A stretch of 64,000 bases of DNA from Octopus bimaculoides (GCF_001194135.2 NC_068990.1:81094735-81158734), one strand, 5' to 3'. Positions 1 through 12,827 are shown, counted from the first letter of the stretch. The notes: a model not told the origin generated them from the letters alone. Translations and numbers: made by a program.

Positions 1-406
1 ATATGGAGTAATACAATAATAATGCTAATAGGATTGCCATTGCATTAGTAATATCTCAACTTTTGTTCTCATTTGTATAAATTTGCTGAAAATAAATGAA
101 GCCAATTTTCTTTCATTTACCAAAGAAAATGTTTTACAAATTTAATTATTTTCATCTTCCTTTGCAAAGAAAATAAACGGCTTTGTATTAATTTTTAAAA
201 AATATATATTTGATCAGAATATTAAAATACAACCCAAAAAAGTAATGATTACCAGATTTGAAATTCTTTACAGTCTCAAGGAATGTTAGTAATGTTATTT
301 TAATTGTTTGTTTACGTTACAATGCGCAACGCAATAAAAAAAAAGGCAATGATTATGACAAATACAACAGCTTGGAATAGTGCATGAAAAGAAGGACTTT
401 CAATGA

Positions 407-460
<54 letters not shown>

Positions 461-511
461 CTACGCAATCATCATCTCATACAATGACATGAACCACGCA
501 CTAACAAGTAA

Positions 512-779
512 CTATATTCTATACAATTGCCAATAGATTCTACAATACGCATCACACAATACATCTTCTACTGGCTCACCATCCAAAATTATAAACATGC
601 CACAGGTGGGGTTGCGTAGTGGTTTGGTGTTTGAGGTGAGGTTGGATCTAGAGAACATACAGGAAAACTGTATGGCTTTCATAATTATGGATACTTGTTC
701 AGTGGCAATTGACATAAACTCTTGACCAGGGTTTCGAAAGCTTTTTTGAACGTAGGCCAAATTGGAAACGGTTGCATTT
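512..779 (-). CDS. Candidate terminal coding exon of an unidentified gene (NATVSNLAYVQKSF...DAYCRIYWQLYRI*)
   Basis: 89 codons (including the stop) open in non-repetitive DNA. Pyrimidine-rich acceptor (tttcttttattcgcattaacctgaaAG) at 780-781; TAG stop at 512-514. Phase matches the candidate exon at 1024-1072. No homology recognised. Confidence 0.3.
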
Positions 780-1023
780 CTTTCAGGTTAATGCGAATAA
801 AAGAAATTAAACAATTTTACAAGGCTAAAAAGGCAGCTTATTTCTTTTCCAAATTATTTAGATATCATCCTGGTTGAAATGTGGGAATCACTACGAATTT
901 AGTAACGTTATACTCAATATCTGTTATGTATGACAAGGTATGTCGTGAAGAGTTCGAATATTTTTAGTTAACGTAAATGATAGTCACTGTGGCTTCGAGG
1001 TAAATTAGTACAAGCCAGTTTAC

Positions 1024-1072
1024 CTGTATTTTCTCATCGGACAACGGAACAGTTTTTGTCTCTCCCTACTTT
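1024..1072 (-). CDS. Candidate 49-nt internal exon (SRERQKLFRCPMRKY)
   Basis: Strong acceptor ttcttcattttcAG and donor CAG|GTAAAC. Only one frame is open, and it ends in phase 2, compatible with the open frame of 512-779. Confidence 0.3.
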
Positions 1073-2007
1073 CTGAAAATGAAGAATTCATGAAATTATA
1101 TTGTGATAGTGTATCAAAAACGTTAAATCGCTATTGCTCTATACATTTCAGGATGTGAAAACACGTACTGCTTAATTTATCACACCTGGAGTTACTTCTG
1201 TTTTATCAAATAAAAAAATATTTCCTTTTTTATAATATAAAACATTGATTCATTTGAGACAATAGCAAAAATGAAACTTTTGCTGTTTCTCCATTTATAT
1301 ATTTAAACCGAGATCATAATTAGTTCCAATGTGAATTATGCACAAATAAATATCATTTGAAATCCCTTTTACATAAGCAAGCTAATCAAATTATTTCATT
1401 TTGAGCCCCATCTGAAAAAGTATGCAGATATTACAGTCTTTTTTTTTCTTTTTGCCAAAAATCAATTCTATTGAACTATGATCTAAATTTTTTGACGATG
1501 AAATAGATGCTTCGTTCTTCACTTTCAATATTTAAAATGCTAATGTCTCGGTAACCTGTCCTTAATATAGCGTTTTTCTTTTTTCTTTTTTTTTTTTTTT
1601 TTGNNNNNNNNNNTTTGTTTCTTTGTTTTACTTTGTCAACGTTGTTTGAGTGAATATGAAGAAAACATTTACATTAGTAATAATAGCAGATTTATAGGAT
1701 CAATTATCTTTAGTTGTTGGCCACATCTTGCAAAGTGGGTCAGCACGTTTATGAATGGTGTACGAAATAATATGCAATTTGAATCATGATTAACAAATCT
1801 TTCTTCGACGTTTTACAGGTTTCAGAAAAGGTTTTAATTGCTTCCTGCTCTATTTGTGGTTTTACATTGATGATTCTTCCTGCTAAACGATGATCTGGTG
1901 TTTCCGTGCACGTTGTTAGTTTATATACTTAAAACGAGAGTTCATCAGTCAATAACAAAAATTATCTTCACTAATCACTATGTTTGATCATTCTTACCGT
2001 TTGGTCA

Positions 2008-2101
2008 TTACGGATATTTTATTACATATTTTTTCAACGATATGCGTGTCATCTTGGCAAATAATATCACTGCCCTTTCAAACGACATGCTCAATTGCTT
2101 T
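2008..2101 (-). CDS. Candidate exon C (KQLSMSFERAVILFAKMTRISLKKYVIKYP*)
   Basis: Acceptor gttttattttAG at 2102-2103. The only open frame needs a phase-2 upstream intron and ends in tandem TAA TGA (2010-2005). Confidence 0.3.
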
Positions 2102-3119
2102 CTAAAATAAAACGTTGTCAGTCTTAATTTCAAATGAATTACGTATCATTAAAACACTACTGTTTTATTTATCATAATAACGTCCCTTGTACAAAACACA
2201 TTTCTGTTTGGTGATATACACCCATTGAATTAATTTAGCAGAATAATTCATGTCAGGAGGAGAATGAAATATCGATTCGGTATCTGGAGTAGGATAAGAA
2301 ACAGAACAAAATATTTTATATGTACATATTTTACAATCTTAGATCCATATCCGTTGATTTTAATATCACCCTGCTAGAGGTAGATTTACTTCGTCTGAGA
2401 GTAAATTATGAAATATCTTTATTAATTATTTTCCTCGGTTTTTCTCTAATTAATAGTTTAACATCTACTGGAATTGATTTTTTTCTCTTAGAATATATAG
2501 TTCGATATTTCCTTGCGTAACATGTTGCCTTGAAAGACGCTCGAACACCCGAATAACCATGAAACATCAATCCCATAAAATTATGTTGAACAATCAACAT
2601 CCATCGCAGTCTTACCAAACTAGCCGTAGTTTTTCATTCAGCAATAATTTCATTCAAAACTTCTACTTCATTATCAATTTCCATTAAGGGGTCAAATTTT
2701 CCTCAAATTTTAATGAGTGATCTAATATACTGTTTTATTTTAAAGTCACATTATTTTCAACAAATTCATTTTCTTGAAATTCATCCAGAGGTTCTGAGAG
2801 ACTACATTTGCCTGACACCACGTGTCGAATTTTCAATTTAATGTTAATATTTTTTTCACCTCCATTTAGTACTATTTTAGTACTTTTTTTTGTCCAATAT
2901 CATATATGCTTTCAGAATCTTCCTTTTTAATTAAACTTTTTTGAAGATTCACATTTCGCTTTAAAGTGATTTCTGTTTTTTTTTTCATTTTCGAAAGAAG
3001 CAGAAAGAAGCATTTTTATGGTGTATGCTGATACATATAAACACACATACATACTTACATACGCGCACGCGCAAACACGCCATCGCGCCACATACACACA
3101 TACCAGTGACATTTTATGT

Positions 3120-3405
3120 GAACGGTGACGGCTGGCCCCATTTCCGGGCGGTGCGCGTTTTGCATTATCAGCAGCTTTCTGGCTCTTCCCCCTTATTCCT
3201 GTAGCTCTGCCCTTGTCCACTTTCAGGAAAAAGCAGAGTATCGCAATAATAACATAACGCATGAGCTAATTTCCTTGATTACATTCCTTCTATTTAGTTT
3301 TGTTTCGAGCGCTACACCAATCATTCTCTTGAACTTTTTGGAACCATTTCTTCTCATTTCTTTTTCCATTACCCTTACGTACTTGTATCCTTCATCATTT
3401 CTTAG
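3120..3405 (-). mobile_element. R4/Dong-clade LINE remnant, RT C-terminal region
   Basis: Translation EGYKYVRVME..ETKLNRRNVIKEISSCVMLLLRYSAFS*KWTRAELQE*GGRARKLLIMQNAHRP matches the R4/Dong pattern YKYLG..KSKLN.RN.IKAIN....LRYSA...WT..EL..LDRKTRKLL.M..AHHP; contains stops. Confidence 0.75.
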
Positions 3406-3469
3406 TGACATAATAATATCATTTTAGAAATTTATACAGGGTGTCCACAAAGTCTGGGTACATAGAGTG

Positions 3470-3641
3470 GCGGCGGTGGCGGCGGCAGTGGTGGTGGTAG
3501 TGGTCGTGGTTTTGGTGATATTACAGATAATAATTATGAAGAGAAAACGAAGAAAATTGTGATTAAATAAATGCTTCTGATTTTTAATCGACTCTCTGCA
3601 GATGTAATGACGACGACGACGACGACGACGACGAGGGCAAC

Positions 3642-3676
<35 letters not shown>

Positions 3677-5200
3677 GGATGATGATGATGATGTTATTGC
3701 TGCTTCTTTTCATCGTGATGGAGATAGTACTAGAAGTGAAAAGCAAACTGGTGATGGCTTGAATAATGATAATGTTATTGTAGTTGCTGGTGGTGGTGAT
3801 GATGATGATGATGATGATGATGATTATGATGATGATGGGGTGGAGTTGATCTTTGGTGGTAATAGTGCTGTTGAATTCGCTCCTCTAATGAATGGAGAAA
3901 ATTGTTAGATGCTGAAATCTCAAAGGGAAACACTTGAGAATATGCAAATCGTAAGGTATCAGCTGTTGTGGTGAATGAGGTAGCAACTAGAGTGAAGTGG
4001 GATTGGGTAAACATATGTGGAGAAGAGGTGAATATTAGAGATATGGATTAGATAGAGAGAGAGAGAGGGAATTGAAGGCGATGTGATGATGGGAGTAATG
4101 CGTGAGAGGGATTGAAAGAACGGGAATGAGAAGAGAGAAATAGAGAGAAAAGGAAAGGGAATGAGAAGAGGCAATGTGTAGGAAATGAGTGTGTGAGAGA
4201 GAAAGACTGAAAGACAAAAGGAGGTGTGTGGAGGTGATAGTTGTAGTTTACGTAACGAAGAAGGAGGAGGAGGAGGGGAAAGAAAAAGAGAAGAGAGAAG
4301 AAAAGAGGAAGAAAGAAGACGAGGAGGATAAAGAGAAGGAGAAGAAAGAAGACGGAGAAGGGTAGGCGTGAAGAGGAGGATGAGGAAGAAGAAGAAGAAG
4401 AAGAAGAAGAAGAAGAAGAAGAAGAAGAAGAAGAAGAAGAAGAAGAAGAAGAAGAAGAAGAAGAAGAAGAAGAAGAAGAAGAAGAAGAAGAAGAAGAAGA
4501 AGAAGAAGAAGAAGAAGACGAGGAGAGGGGGTTGAAGAGTACGAGAAGAAGCAGAAGGAGAAGAGGAGAAAGCAGAGGGAAAAGGAAGAGGAAGTGAAAG
4601 TGAAAGTGAAAGAGAAGTAGAAGGAGGAGGAGGAGGAGGAGGAGGAGGAGAAAGTGAAGAAGAAGGAGAAGGTGAAAGAGGAGGAGAAGAAGAATGAAAC
4701 AGGACCAAGGAAGGATAAAACGTGAGGGAGAATTAGATGAAAAGGGAAGAATGAGAATGAAGATTAGAGAGAAAAAAGGGGAAAAAAATAGAAGGAATTT
4801 GAGAAAGGCTAGAGAGGAAAAGGAACAAAAAGAGGGAAAGAAAAAGAGAGGGAAAAAGTGAGAGGAGCAGAAAGAGAGAGAAAGAGAGAAAGAGAGACGT
4901 AGAAAGATAGAGAGAGGAGGAGAGAGAAAAGCGCATGAGGCAATAGAGAATAGTGAAATTGTAAATGGACGTGTATGGAATATTAATATATAGAGAAACG
5001 AAGAAAATGATTTAGGAAAAGGGGACGGAAGTTATTATTGATGATGATGATGATGACGACGAGGAGGAGGAAGGGGAGGCGTGTATAAAGGGAAAATGGT
5101 GATGGAGGTGGATGAGGTGGTGGAGAATCTGTGCAATGAGAAGTGTGGGGGGGCAGTCATAGAAACGGACGTGTAGATGAGAAAGAGCAATAAATTCTAA
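3470..5200 (+). repeat. Low-complexity block: (GAT)n/(GGT)n/(GAC)n, then a purine-rich tract with near-perfect (GAA)n at about 4385-4517
   Basis: Directly visible simple repeats; explains the poly-F/L/S ORFs in the track. Confidence 0.95.
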
Positions 5201-5239
5201 AGAAATAACTCAGTTGGATAGAGGTGAGAGAGAGAGCAA

Positions 5240-5760
5240 AGAAGCAGTCAGATATCATTCAAGGTGTTAAAATCTGTCGGATGACTGGTGGACCGGATCG
5301 CAGGTCAAACATTGGTTCCTACCTACACGATTTGTTTCGACATCTGGCAACGGAGGCTGACTGTTACATAAAGCCGATAACATTCACGAAGCACTCCCGG
5401 AAATTCAGGAAACGATAAAAACTGCTGAGCATGCGAATTGCCTGGTATGGACAGTCTACTTTTGAGCTTTATGTTCGTATGCCAGATGCGTTCGGTGACT
5501 TCCTGGCAGATATCTACTAGAACTGACAGCAGAACGGAAGAATCTACAGTTATGTAAGCTTAGGAATGGGTATGCTAATTTTAACTGACCCAAATAAGAG
5601 GGCCCATATTGATAACGTTCGGTCCTAAGCAATGCTAAAATTAGATATCAAAGGATTTTGGCGATGGTGTTGACAAAGAGGTTGGCGCCTGTCGTCGGGA
5701 GTCTCATGGGTGATACGTGAACGTCCGCTGTCGCGCACACTTATATTATCCACAACAATT
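5240..5760 (+). mobile_element. Tx1/L1-clade LINE remnant, RT N-terminal part
   Basis: Translation FELYVRMPDAFGDFLADIY..QQNGRI..VSLGMGML..DPNKRAHIDNVR, then after a frameshift ILAMVLTKRLAPVVGSLMGD; resembles the Tx1 RT region (PYE.Y..MPDLFG.LLA..Y...NFRPITLLN.D.KILAKVLA.RL). Stops and frameshifts present; ends at a SINE. Confidence 0.8.
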
Positions 5761-5763
5761 TCC

Positions 5764-5997
5764 TTATTTCTTTATTGCCCACAAGGGGCTAAACACAGAG
5801 GGGACAAGCAAGGACAGACAAAGGGATTAAGTCGATAACATCGAGCTCAGTGCGTAACTGGTACTTAATATATCCACCCCGAAAAGATGAAAGGCAAAGT
5901 CGACCTCAGCGGAATTTGAACTCAGAACGTAGCAGCAGACGAAATACCGCTATGCATTTCGCCCGGCGTGCTAACGTTTCTACCAGTTCGTTGCCTT
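5764..5997 (-). mobile_element. SINE family C, long-tail variant (ends ...gccccttgtgggcaataaagaaataa)
   Basis: Reverse complement has tRNA-like head, B-box GAGTTCAAATTCC and core gtcgactttgcctttcatc; near-identical to 28355-28565. Confidence 0.9.
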
Positions 5998-6985
5998 ATC
6001 CACGTCAATTTCCACCGCATGCAACATTGCTGAAACCAACTTTACTTCTCATACTTTCGGATGAATAGTATCAGTGGAATAATCGAGTCAGTAGTGGATG
6101 TAATCGAGTGACCACCTCCAACTAAAGTCCATAGATTTTATGCCAAAATTAAAAAGAATTATTATTGTTGTTGTTTAGTTGTTGTTTGCGTGATGCATTG
6201 GAAAAATCGTTAGAGCATCGGACAAAATGCATTCTGTTATTTCTAGTAGCTTTCTTCCTTCTGATTCTTGTCAATTTTGCCTTTCATCTTTTAGAGATTG
6301 ATAAAATAAAGTTTCAGTCAAGTATTTGCGTTGATGGTATCGAATACTACCCTTCTCTTAATATCATTAGCCTTGTGCCTAAATCAGAAGCCATTATTGT
6401 TGTTGTTGTTGTTGTCGTTGTTGTTGCTGTTGCTGCTGCTGCTGTTGTAGTTTGTGTTGTTGTTGTTGTTGTGAGGAAAATGGATTTACAGAATAGTGTG
6501 TCGGCCTTGTACGTTCTAAGTTCATATCACATTCAAATCAACTTTGCTTTATTCATTCTGGGTCGATGAAATAAAATATCAGTCAAGTTTTGGAGTCAAC
6601 CGTATTAACTAAACTCTCGCCTGAAAATGGTTGGCCTTATGCCTAAATGTAGGAGAAACAAGAATGGAAAAGGACCCTGAGAATGTCTGTCTATGTAGGA
6701 GGAACAAGAGTGGAAAAAGGCATTTGCGTTGTCTTGGATGCTTACAGAGTAATTCACATTTGTGAGGTTCACCACGTCATCAGAGGACAGCATCTGATTT
6801 TGAAACTCTAATTGGTAGTAACGAATTGTGTGTGCCTACGATTGCAGTCAAGTAATGATATGTACAAACGTACGTTCGTAAGATGATTTCACTTTCCAAT
6901 ATTGAAAGAATCGATCTAAGAAGACATGTTGTTATAAGTGTTAGTAGTAACCTAATTATTGATTGGAACTTCAAAGAATTCTTAC

Positions 6986-7051
6986 CTTATTTTGAAGGTG
7001 GAGCTAATATTCTTACACAATTCCCATCGAACAAAATTGGAAAGAATAAAT
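6986..7051 (-). CDS. Candidate exon B, 66 nt (FILSNFVRWELCKNISSTFKI)
   Basis: Acceptor ctattgattttAG; strong donor AAG|GTAAGA; a single open frame, phase 2-2. Confidence 0.35.
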
Positions 7052-7615
7052 CTAAAATCAATAGAGTATTTAAAAGTTTCAACATAATATTAACAATTTC
7101 TAATTTGACACCGTTATTTATATTATCATTTTTTTGTTATTTCCTATTCGGTTTATTCTACACTAGACCCACTAATGACAAGGAGCCAGGGAGAGAGTCT
7201 CTGTGACAGAGGCGTGCAACTCCACATCTGTCTTCAGGCTAAATTTTCAGCTTCATTCAAACTGGAAGCTGCCTCCTGGTGATGTTACCACAAATGCATC
7301 AGAAAAAAAAAATGATAAAGAGGCATTTAATGCTAATTGCGTATTTCTAAATTTGTAAAATTAAGTATGTATTATTTAATCTCAATATATATTCGCTCCT
7401 ATATTTTCTTATATGTTTCCAGTCTGTCTCTAGTCATAAAAAAATTTCCCCACCCTTGCTTTTTTATCGGGTTTACATGCTTTAAATAGCAACTGCACAG
7501 TCTCTAAAATTAAGTGGACGGATTGAACACTGCAGTTACTGGAACAGAAAACGGCGTTACGTCTGAAGCGTTTAGGGCTGATCTATGCAACAACCACCAA
7601 AATCTAACAAGACTA

Positions 7616-7677
<62 letters not shown>

Positions 7678-7715
7678 CAACAACAATGATGATGATGATG
7701 ATGATAATGATAATA

Positions 7716-7935
7716 ATCCTTTCTACTGGAGACACAAGGCCTCGAAATTGATGGGAGGCGACTAGTCGATTACATCGACCACAGTATTTTGCTGGTACTT
7801 AATTTATCGACCCCCGAAAAGATGAAAAGTAAAGTCGACCTCGGCGGAATTTGAACTCAGAACGTAAAGACGGACAAAGATGCCGCAAAACATTTTGCCG
7901 GAGCGTGCTAAAGATTCTGCCTGCTCACCACCTTG
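7716..7935 (-). mobile_element. SINE family C, short-tail variant
   Basis: aaagtcgacctcggcggaatttgaactcagaacg core as in other family C copies; flanked by (AAT)n/(GAT)n tail at 7620-7715. Confidence 0.85.
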
Positions 7936-8499
7936 TTAACAATAATAATAGTAATGGCTTCGAATTTTATGATAAGGCCACCCAAGGTAATAGTACTACT
8001 TATAACGTTACTTTCTGACGTTAGGAAGCAGCTGTAGATCTGTAATTGTGAATTCACTCAAATCTGTGCTGTACAAAAGGTTATACATTCAAAACAAACA
8101 CAAAATTAGTTAACAACGTCACAAACTCTGACCGTATGTATATTCAAAGAAATACTAATTGCTGTAATAATACAATAATTGCTATAATTAAATCTAATAG
8201 AAAAATTATAGTTGATGATAATATCCGACTAATAATGCTTGTTTTTCTATTTACAAACAATAATTCCGAACATTGGCATTAGGCTACAAATTCAGGAAAA
8301 GTCGAGTTACAGCCAATTATATTCAACCCAGGCAAGTGCGGGTATTTTGTGTGTGTCTGTCTATCTGTCTGTCTATCTGCCTGTCTGTCTGTCTGTGTGC
8401 GTGTGCGTGTGTGCGTATTTTTCATAGTAAACCCGGAACAATGAAATGAGAAGCTGACCTTCGTACAATTTGAACTTACTGATAAATAGAATAAAGATA

Positions 8500-9225
8500 A
8501 ATGACCTGTTGTGCTTACATTTTATTGAGGTCTTCACTGGTACATTCTACCAGTATTCCTTTTTATTATGAGTGGCTGTGTGGAGGCGAAATGGCCCAGT
8601 GGTTAGGGCAGCGGATCGCGGTTTCGATTCCCAGACCGGGCGTTGTGAATGTTTATTGAGCGAAAACACCTAAAGCTCCACGAGGCTCCGCCAGGGGATG
8701 GTGGCGAACCCGGCTGTACTCTTTCACCACAACTTTCTCTCACTCTTTCTTCCTGTTTCTGTTGTACCTGTAATTCAAAGGGTCAGCCTTGTTACACTGT
8801 GTCACGCTGAATATCTCCGAGAACTACGTTAAGGGTACACGTGTGTGTGGAGTGCTCAGCCACTTGCACGTTAATTTCACGAGCAGGCTGTGCCGTTGAT
8901 TGGATCAACTGGAACCCTCGTCGTCGTAAGCGACGGAGTGCCAAAGTGAGTGACTGTAGCTTCTATCATATTGTGAGTTCTTATTTCATTGTCCTCGAGA
9001 TTATCCTTCCGACAGATTTCATTATAGAATGTCCTAGCTACAGCGTCATGTATCATCGGTAGATAATACCGTTATGACATTTTCGGACAACTGCTTATGA
9101 CGTGAGTGATATCTTCAGTGTGAATTCCCCAAAGCCTGCATCGTTTGTCACATTTTACGACTTTTCCTGCATCTCTATCCCTTTTGTACATCAGATACTT
9201 GGTTGATATGTATATATTTATGTAT
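8500..9225 (-). mobile_element. R4/Dong-clade LINE remnant (zinc knuckle to start of RLE domain), split by a SINE
   Basis: Translation ISTKYLMYKRDRDAGKVVKCDKRCRLWGIHTEDITHVISSCPKMS*RYYLPMIHDAVARTFYNEI...[SINE]...THNKKEYW*NVPVKTSIKCKHNR; CCHC-type knuckle and the 'HD.VA' and 'HNRPD' motifs typical of RLE-type LINEs. Confidence 0.8.
8581..8945 (+). mobile_element. SINE family A (tRNA-Arg-like head), near full length
   Basis: A-box TGGCCCAGTGG, B-box GGTTTCGATTCC; tail ggaaccctcgtcgtcgtaagcgacggagtgcc; imperfect 11-bp TSD tgagtgRctgt at 8569-8579 and 8947-8957. Confidence 0.95.
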
Positions 9226-9578
9226 GTGTGTATGCATGGCAGTAATACAAGCTCACAAGCGGTCTGTCATAATTATTTCTAATTATTAGCACAAGGCAAC
9301 CAATTTTGAAATTCTGAAGGTAAAGGAATAGTCGATTACGTTGGCCCAAGTACTTGGCCCGAACTATATGAAAAGCAGAATGTAAACACTTAGATATAAT
9401 ACCGTTAATCCAACGCCATCAGGACATGCCATAATAAAAACAAATATATTATAATTGCAATAATAATGATAATGTACTATTATCGTAAAGTTCGCAATTC
9501 AGTAATTTGTATATGTATGTATATATGTTGTTTCTTTTTCATAACCACTAGCCGTTGTCAACTTATAAGTTTTTAGAC

Positions 9579-9744
9579 AGGAGTGGCTATGTGGTAAGTA
9601 GCTTGCTTACCAACCACATGGTTCCGGGTTCATTCCCACTGCGTGGCACCTTGGGTAAGTGTCTTCTACTATAGCCTCGGGTCGACAAAAGCCTTGTGAG
9701 TGGATTTGGTAGACGGAAACTAAAAGAAGCCTGTCGTATATATG

Positions 9745-9791
<47 letters not shown>

Positions 9792-10006
9792 TTGTATGTC
9801 TGTGTTTGTCCCCCCAACATCGCTTGACAACGATGGTGGTGTGTTTAGGTCCCCGTAGCTTAGCGGTTCGGCAAAAGAGACCGATAGAATAAGTACTAGG
9901 CATCCAAAGAATAAGTCCTGGGGTAGATTTGCTCGACTAAAGGCGGTGCTGCAGCATGGCCGCAGTCAAATGACTGAAACAAGTAAAAGAGTAAAAAGTA
10001 AAGAGT
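9579..10006 (+). mobile_element. SINE family B (tRNA-like head, CORE-like accttgggtaagtgtctt, internal TA/TG microsatellite, (gtaaaaga)n tail)
   Basis: Shared with at least 7 other copies in the window; B-box GGTTCATTCCC. Confidence 0.95.
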
Positions 10007-11474
10007 ATGTGTACTTGCCAAATATCTTATTCCTATATTTATTCACTAGTCTCTATAATTGATGAGTATGTGGTTGAACTGAAGAACACGCATACTAATC
10101 TATAATTTTAAGCAACTGTCATTCAACATTTTCTAAACCAGAGATAATCGATGTCTGCTGAATCTTACATCAAACGAAACTAGTTGATTTTATCATTACT
10201 CCATCGAAAATCCTATTTTAAGCATGAGGTTATGTAACATATAGTATAAATTGTTAACAGGGCAAATGTTAGCCATTTCTCCGTAGACTGATAAAAAGGA
10301 TGAACAAACCTAGTCGATTTTCGAAACTAGCTATGTTCTCATCAGAGGCGTCTACATCATTCTGTCAGTCCCCAGAGAAACCAGCAACCAAACTGTTTAT
10401 ATACTCAACAAATGCAGTATTTACTCTTTGAAGGAGTCCCTAATTTGCATACCGAAAGTGTTTAACTTTCTATAAATACCAGCAGCCTGTCAACGGTGAT
10501 CTTGGTCCACACAGTATCAAGGTATGATAATATAAAGTAAATATATTTACCTAAATGCATACATCAGAATTAGAGTTCAGCTATGTCTGATAGAGTTCAG
10601 AAACAACAATTTCAGAATCTCGTTGTTCTGACTAACATATACATGAAGGGACTACCAGATAACAGCAAAGAAAATATCATTTTTATTTTGTTTAATTAGT
10701 AAGTCAGCGGAGGAGCATTTAGCACTCATGGCTTTTGTAGGTTTCTTAGAACATATGTAGCGTCATCATTTAAAATCTTAGACAAGAATGAATCGGCCTT
10801 CCGAACGCTTTTGAAGAGTAAAACGCACTAGAGGTTCCCAATAAGGAGTTGTTCTTCTTGTTTTGCTCATGCGAGATCTACGTTGCCATATCAACGACGT
10901 TCAGTCATGAGCGTCCCACGGATTAATTGCTGATTCGCAGATATTTCACTAGGCTTATATAAAATGTTGCGTTTAGTTTTTTTACTTAGAAACGGATACT
11001 TTAACTTATATGAAGGCATGGCTTCTATTTTACGCATGTCCACAGACCACGTAGACGTTGGCTCTTTATAGCAATGATATTTAAACGGGGTAGTGTGTTG
11101 TTCGGTTAGCTATTATCTAATGAATGATACACGTTTCATTTTAGGCGATGGTCACAGCACACGAGATCACTTCAAAGAACAAGAGAATAAAAACAATGTG
11201 ATTTTGAAAAGTTTTCGCAATTTGTTGCAGTCACTTTTATTTAATGTTGAAAATTCACCATATACAAAATCAAATAACTTAATTCCATGGAATCATACAT
11301 TCTGTAACAGGCAGCAGGTGTCTATTGCTTAGGTCTTCTTGACCTAGTCAATCTATAACCTAAAGTGCTACAACTATGATCATTTCTTCGTTTATTAGGC
11401 AACATGCATTCACAACCGTATTTGCCAGTATTACCTTCTTATTTTCTAAGACTGTAGAGTTTGATTTGATTTGT

Positions 11475-11857
11475 GGAGGCGCAATGGCCCAGTGGTTAGG
11501 GAGGGCAAACTCGCGGTCATAGGATCGCGGTTTCGATTCCCAGACCGGGCGTTGTGAGTGTTTATTGAGCGAAAACACCTAAGGCTCCACGAGGCTCCGG
11601 CAGCGGATGGTGGCGAACCCTGCTGTACTCTTTCACCACAACTTTCTCTCACTCTTACTTCCCGTTTCTGCTGTGCCTGTAATTCAAAGGGTCAGCCTTG
11701 TCACACTGTGTCACGCTGAATATCCCTGAGAACTATGTTAAGGGTACACGTGTCTGTGGAGTGCTCAGCCACTTGCACGTTAATTTCACGAGCAGGCTGT
11801 TCCGTTGATCGGATCAACTGGAACCCTCGACGTCGTAGGCGACGGAGTGCCAACAAC
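11475..11857 (+). mobile_element. SINE family A, full length
   Basis: Near-identical to 33221-33603; flanking direct repeat agagtttgattt at 11456-11467 and 11858-11869. Confidence 0.95.
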
Positions 11858-12281
11858 AGAGTTTGATTTACCAAAACTACTCCTAGATCACGCGAACACT
11901 CAAGTAAGTTTAATGCATTCATGTACTAAGAGCTAAACTATTTTCCTATCGTGAGAAATCTCTCGTGGTACATAAAACTGTATTTATAACGCATGATTCT
12001 ATTGGATAAAATCGTACTGAGTACACGCCAGATAATATAGTCTTCGTTGCATTAAGTTTGGAAAGATGGGATGGTCACGGTGAGAACACTTATTATTATC
12101 AGTATATTTTATCATTCCCAGACTTTGGAAAGACCTTAACAACGAGAAAACCCACAATTCCAAAACTTTTTTTTGCTGGTTCCAGGAGATAATATCAAAC
12201 TAGAATTTAAACAATGAATCAAACCCATAAGTTGTTCTAAACATCGTTTATCTGTTATCCTCTTTCTATGTCTTACACCAT

Positions 12282-12313
<32 letters not shown>

Positions 12314-12757
12314 ATAGTGAAATATCTAATACATTTGGTTATCTATTGTCTGGCGATATCCTATTCCCTGAACTCTCCTATTTTTATTTTTATATAAATA
12401 CTGCTCGTATATTTTAGCTTATTAAACAAAGGATGACGTCATGTTAAATAATTCTAGTTGCTTCGTCCAATCAAATAATGCTAGCTGAAACTGTAGACAA
12501 GTGAACTGAATAGTAATTGATTCCGCTTTGGTTTGGATATATCTCAGATTATACAGAGGAACCGGAACTGTGTGAAAAGTAGCGATGGAAGAGTCATTTT
12601 ACTACTAACCTAGCTTAGGGATTGGTCATTGATATCAATTATCGATTTTCTTGAAAGAAAAAAGTATTTTGGCGTTGATGTGTTCGGTTATCGATTGAGA
12701 CAGTATTCTTTCCTTTGTAACAGTATTTCTGCTATAAAACTGCCCAGACACGACTAT

Positions 12758-12827
<70 letters not shown>

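Noticed and set aside
350-460. Possible LINE 3' end before (TAA)n
   Set aside because: Ends in a TAA tail like the Dong copies, but there is no coding remnant or second copy in the window to support it.
660-770. Gypsy RT-RNase H junction-like peptide WPTFKKAFETLVKSLCQLPLNKYP*L*KPY on the minus strand
   Set aside because: Short, with two stops, no convincing YXDD RT core upstream, and it overlaps a longer fully open frame. Kept only as an alternative reading.
6883-7206. 107-aa plus-strand ORF MISLSNIERIDL...
   Set aside because: No recognisable motif or splice support; it overlaps candidate minus exon B and is probably an antisense or chance ORF.
10483-10521. Plus-strand mini-exon QPVNGDLGPHSIK with an AAG|GTATGA donor
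   Set aside because: No partner exons could be linked; the surrounding minus strand looks like a decayed LINE endonuclease (FILV*DFK ... DQDHR).
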